Assembly (NCBI RefSeq): GCF_006345805.1 | Contig: NC_043008.1 | Span: 3,596,001-3,660,000, forward strand | Source of the DNA: Octopus sinensis | Taxonomy: Eukaryota | Reading direction: 5' to 3' | Length of the DNA: 64,000 bases | Shown here: positions 28,191 through 41,518 of the stretch, one piece after another | How positions within the stretch are numbered: the stretch's first letter is position 1 | Layout of the letters: each line of letters opens with the position of its first letter | The notes under the pieces: generated by a model | Seen by the model: the letters and a program-made list of their open reading frames with translations, nothing else | Databases searched by the model: none | Told to the model about the DNA's origin: nothing | Program-made: the position numbers and the translations under genes

Positions 28191-28415
28191 TATATACGAT
28201 GTGATGCAATAATGTGATGTAGGTGGATGCTTGCATCATCTGTTTACATTCTAATATGATTGGGTTCAGGAAGAAGCAGTCAGTTTCATAATACATCAAG
28301 AGATATTTAATAAAACGCACATTTAATCTAAAAGGTCTATGTCAACATGGTTTCCGCATAGCTTCGGAGAGATCAAGAAGCCCTCACATATTATGTACAT
28401 ACACACACGTGCGAA

Positions 28416-28446
<31 letters not shown>

Positions 28447-28599
28447 GTGTATTCTACTGCTCTTAAGTGTACTTGAAACCACATACAGTTGGCTATGAGT
28501 AGGAGCTTCTGCAAATATATCCAAACAGTATCAAATCTCTAACCCCAAAAGATAATGCAGAAGTACCTTCTTTCCAAAGTAAAGAGTGATTCGGTATCA

Positions 28600-28900
28600 T
28601 TTGATGATAAAATCACTCAAGGTATTAACACATTATTTTCAGTTTCATTTTAAACTGATCTGTGTCATGCTTCTGCACAAATTATCATTCTCTTCTCTAT
28701 TAACAGCCATCTCGAATATTTCCTGGACCTTGCTCACGTCTCAACTAAGCTTTATTAAGTGTCTCTTTTAATCGTTGAAATGACGATGGCATCGTTAACC
28801 AACCTTATGATTGGTGTTTCACCAATCAGACTTGTTTTCAATCCTATCTCGTCTTCTCCAGTATTTCTTCCATTTTTATTGCATCTTTTAAAAATATGAT
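28600..28900 (-). mobile_element. Possible RTE-like RT remnant
   Basis: ETPIIRLVNDAIVIST resembles the LRFADD region; highly decayed. Confidence 0.3.
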
Positions 28901-29337
28901 TCATTATATTTTAGATCTACCTTCTATGCATTAGTTTTTGTTTTTGGAAATCTTGCTATGCTTCCCTGGAAAATGAACTGCTTTGCTTTCTAAATTATGT
29001 GTCTTGGAAAATGACGAATAATTTTATCCTTAATAATTTTGAAATAGCATATTTTTATATTCTTGAAACAATAGAAAGAAAACAAAACACCAACACCATG
29101 CGACTTTTGTAAGAAAAACAAGTAGATTTATCAAGGAAGATAAATTTAATTCATTTCATTATACTAACAAAAGAATAAAAGAATATTCCTTTGTTTCAGC
29201 ATGACTAAATAATCTGTTTAAAGCGATTGGAACCGGTAGCATATTTTGATTAAAGGGTAAATACTTCCTTACTTTTATCTATGATAAAGATTTCAAAGCT
29301 TTTTCTTCAATTTGTTTTTTTTAACACACACACACAC

Positions 29338-29374
<37 letters not shown>

Positions 29375-30271
29375 ACAACGCCAATGCTATAAACAAGCAT
29401 GTACATACATGTAAACGCATAAATATGAATGTGTGTGTGTATTTTATTTGAGTAGAGTTGTTTTACTTTTATATAATACATTTTTTATCAGTTTTGTTCT
29501 AGTAGTCTTTGTTCATAGTTCAGTTCAATTTGTTTTGATCGATAAAGTTCGATTATCTGTCAGCAACGTTTGTAAACCTTCAAAACCTTACCTCCTGAAT
29601 GAATTGATGTAGTTACCTCATTCTGTTCGGTAGTTGCTAATGTGATAGAGGTAGACATCATCGCACGAACCTGAAATGTTTACCTTTACAGTTATACGCT
29701 ACCAGTCAGCTGTTTATTCTTACGTACGACCAGGGCATGCTTTCTGTGTATTTATTTTGGCAGCTCTATATGATGAGCATTTCTTCCATCATAAATAGTT
29801 TATTTACTTATTTTCTATATTGAATAGATTGTTTAGTTCATTGTTGTATTGTGTGGGTAAGTGTATTCCAGTGGATCATTGTGTTAAGTGCGGTTTGTGC
29901 ATAAGAATCAGTGGAAGAATGTCTTAATTGTATACCAAGATGATTTCCCATTAACGGTAGGGGTACAAGGTCACACATTTTTTGGGAGGACAGATTTAAT
30001 TGTTCCCTCTTATCAAGAGGGAAAAGTTACACTTGACTGAAACTTTAAAATTTAACAACAGGAAAATTCCTGTCGGTAAGGTTTATATCAAACGCCTTTA
30101 ACAGCAAAACACATCAGCCATTGATTCCGAATATGAAAATATAGAAAGGTCAAGAAAAGTCGGTTATGAATTTAGGAACGTTTTTATTTTTTCAAGCGAA
30201 CTGTAATGTGAAAATACGTAGGAACACATCCAAACTTTTTCGAGTAGTATCATTTAGGTAAAGTATCATTT

Positions 30272-30660
30272 AGGTGGGTGTGAGGTAAGACGCTTGCTTC
30301 CCAACCACGTGGTTTCAGATTCAGCCCCACTGCGTGGAACTTTGAACAAGTGTCTTCAACTGCTTGGACCGACCACAGCCTTGTGAGTGAAACTGAAAGA
30401 AGCCCATTGAATATGTGCGTGCATGTCTTTGTGTCTGTGTTTGTCCCCCCACCTCCGCTTGACAAGCGCCTTTGGTGTGTTTACGTCTCCGTAACATAGC
30501 GGTTTGGCAAAAGAGAACGACAGAATAAGTACAAAGCTTCAAAACAAAAGACAAAAAGTTCTGGTATCGATTTATTCGACTAAAACCCTTGAAGGCGCAT
30601 GCCCCAGCATGGCCGCACTCATACGATTCAAACAATTAAAAGGTAAAAGATAAAAGATAT
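30272..30660 (+). mobile_element. tRNA-derived SINE, family B
   Basis: GGTAAGACGCTTGCTTCCCAACCACGTGG..CACTGCGTGG, ACGGTTTGGCAAAAG-type core and GCCCCAGCATGGCCGCA tail. Confidence 0.85.
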
Positions 30661-31181
30661 CTCTGGGCCCCGTTTGAGTAGTTCCTAGGGACTAAATTAT
30701 CTTCTGGCCTTGAAGAGCAAAGCCAAATTTGAGATTCGGTCTTCATGTGATGTCGTTAAGAATGATCACAAATGATTTTGATGAAGCCTGCTGATATCAT
30801 TCCCCTGAATATTGATTCCCAATATTAGTACAAGGTCACTCATTTGGTGAGGACGGGGATAGAAGCGATTAAATCGATTCCAGTACTGATTTTAGTTTGA
30901 TTCTCACTTTATTGATCAGTATTTTGCGAATCGCTAAATTACTGAAGATAAAACGACACTAAATCAAACAACAAACTTGGTATTTTATTTTATCACTCTA
31001 GGAATGATGAAAATGAAGATGACCTCAATGGGAAAGGAATCGAAGGTGAACAGAAATAAAGTCGCATGAAAAAAATATATTTAAGGAAAAAATGACAATT
31101 TTTGCAAGAACAAAATGTCGCAAGAAAGTCATATTTCATTTAAATATCATATTGTAGCCAAAAATAAACAAATAATATTGA

Positions 31182-31399
31182 TTTCAAATTTTGGACCAAG
31201 GCCAGCAATATCAGGTGCAAGGATAAGTCAATTATACCGACCTCAGTAATCAACTGGGTGGTACATATTTCATCTACCCCGAAAGGATGAAAGGTAAAGT
31301 TGAACTCGGTGGAATTTGAACTCAGAACGTAATAACGGACAGACCAAATGGCACTAAGCATTTTGTCCAGCGTGCTAACAACTCTGCCAGCTCACCACC
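31182..31399 (-). mobile_element. tRNA-derived SINE, family A
   Basis: Reverse-complement match to family A. Confidence 0.85.
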
Positions 31400-31727
31400 T
31401 TAATTAAGCAATTAATATTATGAACCGTTTACAAAATAACAATACGTGTTGTGTACACAATATCACCGTCTTTATAATGGCATTACACGTATATAAAAAA
31501 TAATTATACTTTATTCAGTTTCTTAAGTAAAACGTACAAAGCAAAAATCATTAAGCCAGCCATTTGTTTTCTTCTGATTTTTTTCCGCCTTGTATTCGAA
31601 TATAACACTAGAAAACATTAATGTAGACTTAGGATAGGCTTGGACAGGAAATCGTAAACAGCAACATATTAACTACTCAAATACCTTGCACCGTTATTTA
31701 AAATCATCTTATATTTCTACTTACAAG

Positions 31728-31767
31728 CAAATATTGGAGCAACAGGAACCAACAAATGAGTTTCTAG
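31728..31767 (+). CDS. Candidate 40-nt exon (QILEQQEPTNEFL)
   Basis: Acceptor ATTTCTACTTACAAG, donor TAG|GTAAGA; only phase 0 is open. Confidence 0.3.
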
Positions 31768-33720
31768 GTAAGAAATAGCAGACAAATGGCACTCCGGTTA
31801 CGCTCTATTCTTCTAAAAACTAATGGATATTTCGGGCAACGCAAATGCTGATATGGTAAAAAGATGGGTGTCCACAGTTGAACTCGATGCTAAACAACAG
31901 CAGCAGCAACAAAAAGAGGGGGCTGTATGAACCAATGACTAGAAATGGTAGCCAAATCTCCCTCAAAATAGACTGTACCCGCTACAAAGAGGAAATGAAA
32001 CAGTTTAAATAACTCGAAGCTACATTACGCAGAATGGTAATGGCTGACACTGTCTGTGATGAGAGGTCCGCTCCATCGGTGCTTTACTTTTCATTAAACA
32101 ACAACAATAACAACGACAACGCAACATCAATAACACAAGAAACAACAACAAAACGTCTCTATAAAGAAGCTCCTTGCTGCTTTCAGTCCCAACTGATGGC
32201 CATTGCCGAAAGTAAAGAAAATATATTGCAACAGTCCAGCTGTATTTATGCCATCGTTTTCACATTCGCAGTGTATCGTTCTTTGTTGTGGTTATTGTTG
32301 TTGTTGTTGTTATTACTGTTGTTGTTTAGCTACAGTAAACCTCATCGAGCAGGTTTCTGACCTCATATATTCCAGCTGTAACTATTTCGTCTTTTTCCCA
32401 TGCACAGGGATCTAGAACAAAACCATCCAATATACTGTTGCTTAGTTTTAACATTAGGACAGTCATGATAAAGCAGACACCGTGACCATCTCGTCTTTCT
32501 CCAGATATAAATGCATTGTAGATCTACGTTACGTAATGTGTTCTTGTTTGTTGATTCATCGCAAGTCAGGTTTCATTGACCAAGGCCTTTCACGTATGCC
32601 CTTCCCGTTTTTCCTTCCCTACCCCTCAGACATTATCTAGTACTTCGAACAATTTTCATTCCTTAATAATTCGCCAAAAGTCAGCACTGCTCAAAGAGAG
32701 CTCTAACCAAAATTATTCTAGCTTCGAAAACCCAGTTATTGCTTTCCAGACATAAAGGGTCTTGGAATGCATTATCCAATGTTTCTTGCATCGTAGGGTG
32801 CAATTTGAAGAAGATTTGGCAACTCCACTGCACGAGTTTAACGAGTAAGCAGATGTTCCAAAATTCGAGCATTAAATTATAATTGATTATTTTAGTTCAA
32901 ATCAACAAATACTTGGGAAGAGGTATTATAATCAATCTAATCGATTATCAATACTTAATTGGTCGATATTTTAGCAACACCGCAAGGGCAACGCTCAAAT
33001 TTTCTCTGGAACATGATTCGTTAAAATAAGAACGTAAAGGGACACAACTCCATTTAGCAATCTATTAGTTGGGCAATCTATCGTTTCCATCATTATCGTT
33101 CGTCTTGTTATTGTTTAGTCCCATGTGAACTGTAAAGGAGCAGACCTATAACCAAAGGCATTCCAGCTGTGACCATCTCATCTTTTATTCAGTTATTGTA
33201 TTTAAGACAGTGTTAGTAAATGTGTTTACATCAAGAGGCATTTGCACTCGTTCGTACAAAAACTGTTGCTGGAACCAGCGCTCCCGCTGATGTCGGTGGT
33301 GTCGATGCTATTGCTATTATTTTGGCTCTATAGTCCAAGACTTGATCCAAGTGATCTGTGATAAAAAAAAATATGCTCCAGCTTTTGAACCCATTTCCTA
33401 TGTTTTAGGCCTTTTACCCCTTTTCAAAGACGAAAAGTGAGTATTCAGAACCTTCTCACCGTTCTCTCCTACTTATTGGCACGTACCCCGACAGCCATTG
33501 ACGTTTCTGCTTCGTTAACGCAGCGACCCTCATTGTGGAATTGCGAGACTAGAAAAACGGCCAACAACGGATGAAGGGTCGTTCTTTATGTTTGTTTTGT
33601 TTTCCAACTGCGTCTTTCATTGTTCGAAAGAATAGTTTATGCTCCATGTGCTCAAGCTTCGTACTTTTTTGTGGTACACGTTTCATGACGGCCTGTGCCC
33701 ACATCTGCATATATATATAT

Positions 33721-34392
<672 letters not shown>

Positions 34393-34487
34393 GTCAGCAT
34401 GGTTGCACTCAAATGACTTAAACAAGTAAAAGAATAAAAGAATAAGAGAATATTTTCGTAGGGATTTTTCCAGTCTCCATCGACCAA

Positions 34488-34535
<48 letters not shown>

Positions 34536-34686
34536 TGTGTTTGTGAGTAAGTATGTATATACACAGCGAAAAGAAATACAAATAAGAAAAGCCTAAAAAA
34601 CAAATGTAACAAGTGTACGAGAGACGTTCACAATTAATATTATCAGGTTGGAGGCAGAATAGAAAATGTAAAATGTATAGAATAAA

Positions 34687-34727
34687 GAGTTATAACATTT
34701 CGGACATAATCCCCTCTTCAATATATC
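34687..34727 (-). ncRNA. Degenerate minimal hammerhead motif (Penelope-LTR type), probably inactive
   Basis: Minus strand reads UUGAAGA-GGGGAUUAUGUCC-GAAA-UGUUA; conserved C3 is replaced by U. Confidence 0.35.
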
Positions 34728-34971
34728 TTACAAATAATAAAACGCGATGTCTCCTCTCGGTCCTTTTGGCAGACGGTAACTAAAACAACAAAGGGAGTAG
34801 GGGTGAGTGACAGTCACAGGTACTAAATGCAGGAGACCTGTAGTGAGTGGTTTTACTCTGAAGTTGATGTGTAAATGCTTATCGTAAATAATATTTGCTT
34901 TAACAATTAGATATTCGTAAAATATTAACGCTCGCGCGCGCGTACGTTCCTGTGCTTTCATTTACTTTTCT

Positions 34972-35002
<31 letters not shown>

Positions 35003-35014
35003 CTTTCCCTTACT

Positions 35015-35360
35015 TCGGCTGTGTACTTCCCAACCAAATTAATTCAGGTTCAGTCGCATTGCGTAGCACCTTGGGCAAGCGTTTTTTGACAATAGCCTCG
35101 GGCTGACCAATGCCTTGTGAGTGGATTTGGTAGACGGAAGCTGATATACCTGATGTCTTTGTCTTAATTTCCGTTTTAACCCGCCACCGTCTGTTTTGTT
35201 TACGACTCCGTAACTTAGCGGTTCGGAAAAGGGAGTCAATAGAACAAGTTACCGGCTTAGAAAATAAGAATTCGGATATAGGGGTTCGTTCAACTAGAAC
35301 GCCTGTATTACATTTTACATGGCCGCAGTCTAATGACTGAAACAACTACAAGATAAAAAG
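35015..35360 (+). mobile_element. tRNA-derived SINE, family B
   Basis: Matches family B (CACCTTGGGCAAG, GCCTTGTGAGTGGATTTGGTAGACGG, TAACTTAGCGGTTCGG). Confidence 0.85.
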
Positions 35361-35374
35361 TAATATATATATCA

Positions 35375-35580
35375 AAGGAGCACTCCGTCGGCTACGACGA
35401 CGAGGGTCCCAGCTGATCAACGGAACATCTTGATTGTGAAATTAACGTGCAAGGGGCTGCACTCCCCACGGACACGTGTGCACCCTTAATGTAGTTCTCA
35501 GGGAGATTCAGCGTGACACAGAGTGTGCCAAGGCTGGCCCTTTGAAATACAGGTACGACTCATTTTTGCCAGCTGAGTGA
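35375..35580 (-). mobile_element. 3' part of a third SINE family (C-related)
   Basis: GC-rich body CACTCCGTCGGCTACGACGACGAGGGTCCCAG...TTCAGCGTGACACAGAG, recalled as the reverse 3' half of an octopus SINE family (not database-checked). Confidence 0.6.
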
Positions 35581-35589
35581 TTGTTGTGC

Positions 35590-35921
35590 GGCCATGCTAG
35601 GGCACCATTATGCATATACGTATGTATGTGTATACATATATAAGTATATATCAATGCGTGTATCTCTGCATGAATGTGTGCCCCTATGTACGTTTGTGTG
35701 TACGTGCGTATGTATGACTATGTATGCGTACATGCTTGCGTACATGCATTATATGTATGTGTGCACGTGCACGTGTAATTATATATATATATATATATAT
35801 ATATACGAGTGAGTTTTTGTACGCTTGTATTTTGTACGCGTGTGCGTATGTCTCTACGGGTATGTACATGTGTGTTCGTCAGTGGTGTATGAATGAGGGT
35901 ATATGATGATTACTTGTGTTT
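35590..35921 (+). repeat. Copy 1 of a cryptic ~300-bp low-complexity repeat
   Basis: Colinear with the reverse complement of 41884-42160; both translate MLGHHYAYTYVCVY. Confidence 0.85.
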
Positions 35922-36057
35922 TTCAAACTATGAACAATTTTCATCAAAACAATGTTATAATTTGTTGATTTGGAACTTATTGCAAAGCTGCATGATAAAC
36001 AACATTTTTTTTGTTTTCCCAATCAGGGGTCAGTACATTTTTTCTGTTTAATCCCTC

Positions 36058-36100
<43 letters not shown>

Positions 36101-36183
36101 CTCTCTTTCTGTTGATTGGTTTCAACCATCACCAGGTAAGTATGATTGTATGTGTATATGTGTTTACATATATGCATTCATAC

Positions 36184-36259
<76 letters not shown>

Positions 36260-36350
36260 GTTTGTGTGTGTGTATACGTTATTAAAAAAGCTGTTAAGAC
36301 ATCACAAAAACGTTCCCGCTTGTCGGACAGTTTTGATTGAGAAGGTATAA

Positions 36351-36386
<36 letters not shown>

Positions 36387-36876
36387 AGTTTTAGAGACAG
36401 AGCCACCTTCAACTCAATCGACACTGACAGATTTTATACCCGACCACTCCATAAAATGTTAAATATTAAAACTTATACTAACTATATTCTGAATCCTGTA
36501 TTTTCCGTTTATAAGACTACACGTGTTTCATGAAAATACGATAGTACAACTGTATCTGATTGTTCAAGAACTTCAGTTTTGTGTATGTATATATATTTAA
36601 TCAATTGGTGACATTTATCAATTGTTTTGATCGATCATTGTGCTGATGCGCCATCTTCTATCATTAATGAAACTGTCGGCATTTTTGACAACACGGGAAT
36701 TATATATATATACATATACGAGTAAAAGTGGAGTCTGTGTTAGAACACACAATACTGCGTTATTTACCACGAGAGAACCTCATGGAGTTGTGGTGTATAT
36801 AAGCACAAGAGTTTATATCGCTGACGGAAACCCCAGATCACATAGTTTCAACCTTCTTCGTCCTTCACAATGACAG

Positions 36877-36950
36877 ATGTCCGGTTAGGCCCAGCACTGG
36901 ATCTTCCTCTTCAGCAATATATAGAATTCAGAGAGTGGGCTTACCAAAAT
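36877..36950 (+). CDS. Candidate 74-nt exon (DVRLGPALDLPLQQYIEFREWAYQN)
   Basis: Acceptor CCTTCTTCGTCCTTCACAATGACAG, donor AAT|GTAAAT, open in phase 1 to 0; a second frame is also open. Confidence 0.3.
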
Positions 36951-37173
36951 GTAAATATAGCAACAGAAGCACAATTAATACCAAAAAAATTAATGATTAT
37001 CTCTCACTAAAAATAGATGTTGTGTTAGAAATCACTTCACCTAGCAGTTCCGGCAGCCATGGCGGAGGATTATCAACCGTCAACGATATAAACAAGTGTG
37101 TTATATTTTACAATAATATATGAAAGTATACATACATATATACATACATACATACATACATACATACATACAT

Positions 37174-37717
37174 GGTGGCTGCCCCCTCGTTGGCCATTGC
37201 AAGAAGCTTAATCAATGTTGTTATCGTGCAATGCCTGTGCAAGAAGACTTTTTTTTAAGTGAGGAAAGGCTGTGCACTGAGTCAATCCCACTCACTAAGC
37301 AACAGCAGCCATAATTCGAAAAGAAGAACGAGTCAACATCATCGGTAACCACTGAGCCGCAGGTTTTATGTCAGAGTTATCCCAGTTACCCGAGTTACCT
37401 TCTCCTAGAAGGATGCCCTAACAAAGGCTAGGAGTCCTTCACTCCCAATGGTTTAACCGCGCGATCGGGTATTCAGTCCGATTATTTCTATGTCCCCACG
37501 CATGATACAGCCTTAAGACATTTATTGGATAGCCGTTCACTCTCAAGAGTTCCTCCGCCCTTTGACGGGTTTTGTTTTTCATCCCGCAGGGTGACCAATA
37601 AACACCCCGCTCACCAAGCAAGCTTGGTGAGGTTGCCGATTTAGTCGCCGACGACCCGACCATGCAACAGGTTGTAGTGGGTTACATGTTACCAGTAGCA
37701 TTCGAACGTGACCTGAC
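37174..37717 (-). mobile_element. Non-autonomous RTE-like retroelement (~540 bp) inside a (CATA)n microsatellite
   Basis: Minus strand carries RTE 5'-UTR-like motifs (AAAACCCGTCAAAGGGCGGAGGAAC, CTAGGAGAAGGTAACTC), has no ORF, and is flanked on both sides by (CATA)n. Confidence 0.6.
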
Positions 37718-37746
37718 ATACATACATACATACATACATACATACA

Positions 37747-37780
<34 letters not shown>

Positions 37781-38806
37781 CATACATACATACGTAGGAA
37801 TTTAGCAGCCAGCAGATCAAAACACAACCGACCAGATATCGTTGTGTTGGGCCACAACGAAAAGATATGTTCTTTTGAGGAAATTAATTGCCCTCGCGAT
37901 ACGGAGCAGTGGGATACATACCAAACCCTTCGAAGTAATGTTTGGCTGAACTTTGGGCTCTTGGGGAGAGAATGCACATCCTTCTTCCATATGCTACAAA
38001 AGATCACGATATCGGACTATAAAAATCTCAAAAACCTTCTTCAGATTAGTAGGATGATGTTTAGAATACAAGATGATATTTTCCTTAACAACCTTGCTAC
38101 CAAGTTGCTGGCCGATCAAAATTTACTCTCAAATTAAAAAGAGAAAGAAATATGCATAATCAGCGGCGTTTCTTGCATGCATGAAAGTCACGCCAGATAT
38201 TCCTGAAGGATGTAAATGCAAACAACAAATATATTTTTCATACAAACCTCTCATTTTCATGAAAGGTGGCTGGAAATTGGTATATATGCACTTTTTGCAC
38301 CCTACTTCAGGTATATAAATTTGATTTTCAAAACGTCATGTTCGAGCGTATGTACAAATACTCGGTATTTCAATAGCTGAAATTGACAGTGTGGCCTTTG
38401 ACCAAAGGTCGTCTGGATCAGAGTTGACCAATGGTGAAGCCGCAATAGATTTTAGAAAATGCAAAATCGCCTCTGACAGAATTTGGGACTGGAAACCTAA
38501 ATGTTAACCTTCTCATATGAATATGAGAATGTCAAAAGGAAAAAAAGAGGTTGAGAAGTGTAAACTTGAGAAAGAAATAAAGAAATTGCTAAAAACTTTC
38601 TAATAGATAGAAATTTAAAGGCTTCAACTGTAGTGCTGGTCGGTGGGATAGAGCTTAAGGTAAACAGGAGAAAGGGGGGGGAGAAGCAAAAGAGAGATGG
38701 TGAGTTGGAAGGAGAGCGGTACAAGGCAAATGGTAGGTATATATATATGCGTGTGTATATATATATATATATGCGTGTGTGTGTGTATATATGCATGTAT
38801 GTATGT

Positions 38807-38851
<45 letters not shown>

Positions 38852-39279
38852 TACATGCATACATACGTAGACATATACACATATCTATACATACATACGC
38901 ACAGAGAAAGAGAAAGAGAGACAGGTACACACTTGTATATTGTGCTTTTGTGTCTGTGTACGTGTTACAGTGTATAGATATCTATCTATAAAATGTATTG
39001 AAAGAGAGAGAGAGAGAGAAAAAGAAAGAGAGAAACAGGCTAACATAGAGGGAGAGAAAAGACTCTGTTGCGTATGGATAGTAGAGAAAGTGAGGAAAAA
39101 GAGTAAGAAAACTAAGAGAGATAAGGGTAGTGGTGGGAGGAAAGAGTATTAGATATAAAGATTGACAAAAACGATTTCAATGAGAATAGTTGAAAGACCA
39201 GTTAAGGAAAAGAAATTAAAAAAAAGTAAGATATGGAGGGAAAATAGACAAATGAAAAAAGAACGCCTGTCTGTGTGTG

Positions 39280-39562
39280 TGTGTGTGTGCGCGCGTGTAT
39301 ATATATATATATCTATATTCATATATATATGTAGATATAATATGTGTGTATATATATATATATATATTATATATATATATATATATACATACATGTATGT
39401 ATATGCATATATGAAATATATGTATATATATATATAATATATACACATGCAAATATATATATATGCGTATATATATGTCAGTATATATATATATATATAT
39501 ATTAATATATATATATATATATATAATGCGTATATGTATATATATACAAAATACATATGTAT

Positions 39563-39593
<31 letters not shown>

Positions 39594-39621
39594 CACATAT
39601 ATATATTTATACACACATACA

Positions 39622-39684
<63 letters not shown>

Positions 39685-39937
39685 GGTGTGTTGTATTTCT
39701 GTGTACACCTGTTAGAACAAACAGAAAAATAGTACTCAATGCAATAAGTTTGAATGGTGCAATGGACGGAAATCTCGATCTTCGAATTATATATATACAT
39801 ATGAGTGTGTATATATCTATATATATATATATATATAATATATATATATATTATATATATATAATATATATATATATATATGAATATATATATATACGTG
39901 TGTGTGATATACACACACACTCTATACATATATACAA

Positions 39938-40016
<79 letters not shown>

Positions 40017-40030
40017 TAATATATACACAT
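39280..40030. repeat. Large (TA)n/(CA)n compound microsatellite field
   Basis: Directly visible; explains the 289-aa and 190-aa YI-repeat ORFs. Confidence 0.95.
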
Positions 40031-40099
40031 GTAATATATGTACGTAAATATGTGTGTACGTGCGTATGTATGTGTTTGTATGCATCTACGTCTATGATA

Positions 40100-40760
40100 G
40101 ATAAATGATAAACTGAGCGAGATGGAGACTGAGGGAAAATATTGCGAGAGAAAAAGATTAAAATTGAGTGAGGAAGAAAGATGAAAGAAAAGAAAGAAGA
40201 AAAAAGAAGGCGAATGAGAGAAAGGAATGAGGTTTTCGCATATTAGAATGAAAAAGACAAGGTAAAAAATGAGAAAGAAAAAGTACAGGAAAAATAAGTA
40301 AAATATAGAGATATAAGAAAGTGTGACAAACTGGGAAAGGAGAAGGAAGCGAAAAAAGATTGAGGAAAGAGAGAGAAAGATTGAAACAGACTGAACGATA
40401 AAGAGAGGAAAAGATATGTAGTTAGATAGGCAGACAGATAGACAGGGAGAAAGAGAGAGAGGGAGGGGAGAGGAGAGAGCGCGCGCGACAGGTAGACTGA
40501 AAGATAGATAGATAGAGAGAGGGAGGGAATGAGAGAGGGGGCGAAAGAAGTAAAAAAGAAAATTATAGAGGAAGAAAGATGAGAAAAAATAATAAATAAA
40601 GAAGTAAAAGGAGAGATTGAAAAATAATGACAAAATGTAGGAGACACCGAAATAAACAGAAGACGAGAGGGATGTAAATATAAAGAAAATAGTGACTAAC
40701 AGAGTAAGTGAGAGAAAGAGAAAGGGAGAGAGAGAGAGACAGAGAGAGAGAGAGAAAGAG

Positions 40761-40830
<70 letters not shown>

Positions 40831-41090
40831 TGAAATATTAAGAGAAACGCAGGGCAAAACAGAGGATTGTTTATGAAAAGAAAGAGAGTGAAAGAAAAGA
40901 GAAGAAAAAGAGAAATATTAAAGTAATCGAGAAAGAGAATGTAAACAAAGAAAGTGAATGAAAATTCGAAGGAAATGCAAAGAGAAAGAGATTAAGTAAA
41001 AAAAAATAGATAGAACGAAAGAAAAGAGTAAGATAGAGAGAGAGAGTGAGATAGAAAGAAAGAAAGCGAGAGAGAGAGAGAGAGAGAGAG
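40100..41090 (+). promoter_or_regulatory. ~1 kb polypurine tract (GA, GAAA repeats) upstream of the putative first exon
   Basis: Purine asymmetry with (GAAA)n at ~40765-40830 and (GA)n runs, followed by a CpG-containing leader to the ATG at 41410. The promoter role is inferred from position. Confidence 0.4.
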
Positions 41091-41409
41091 CAGTATCTAT
41101 ACAGACACTCGAGAGGTGCGAGCAGACGATATATAGTAGCACTTAGATTTGGCACGCTGGAGTCGGAGCGTCAAACAGTTTAATGCTAAATCTTTACTAG
41201 CAGTAGTGGCTGTGTGCGTGTATATTCGATATATATATATATAGAAGTGTGTGTATATATATATATACATATAGACGTGCGTGTGTATGTGTGTATATGT
41301 CTATGTCTATAGATAGCTCTATGTGTATGTGTCCGCGTGTGTGTGTCGTCTGCCTCAGCGAGAGTGTGTCGTCTGCCACTGGTGACCCGCGTCGGCCATA
41401 ACCGCCACG

Positions 41410-41518
41410 ATGATGGGCATTCGAAAACGACATGAGGAATCTAAACCTAAAACAACCTTCTCTGGGAATATGAATTACCTTCTCCGATTATTACACCTCT
41501 TCACCATCGTCTATTCAG
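41410..41518 (+). CDS. First coding exon of a probable secreted or membrane protein: MMGIRKRHEESKPKTTFSGNMNYLLRLLHLFTIVYS(G/x)
   Basis: Kozak CCGCCACG-ATG, hydrophobic LLRLLHLFTIVYS, donor TCAG|GTGAGC in phase 1 (typical after signal-peptide exons) and a GC-rich leader. Confidence 0.6.

Noticed and set aside
32797-32844. 48-nt exon candidate VQFEEDLATPLHEFN with GTAAGC donor
   Set aside because: An alternative frame and acceptor are equally open, and its phase (2-2) does not fit the neighbouring candidates; left uncalled.
33524-33582. Hairpin GACCCTCAT..ATGAAGGGTC as a pre-miRNA
   Set aside because: The stem is short and bulged with a large loop, and no known miRNA seed was recognised.
37630-37717. 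HDV-like ribozyme at the 5' end of the RTE-like element
   Set aside because: Partial elements are present (GG, short P4, CUAA), but P2 and P3 could not be assigned consistently; kept only as a test to run.
39149-40085. Long ORFs of 190-289 aa (YIYI.. repeats), and similar ORFs at 42311-42845, 44229-44764 and 45736-46728
   Set aside because: They are translations of (TA)n/(CA)n/(TG)n microsatellites that lack stop codons by composition.
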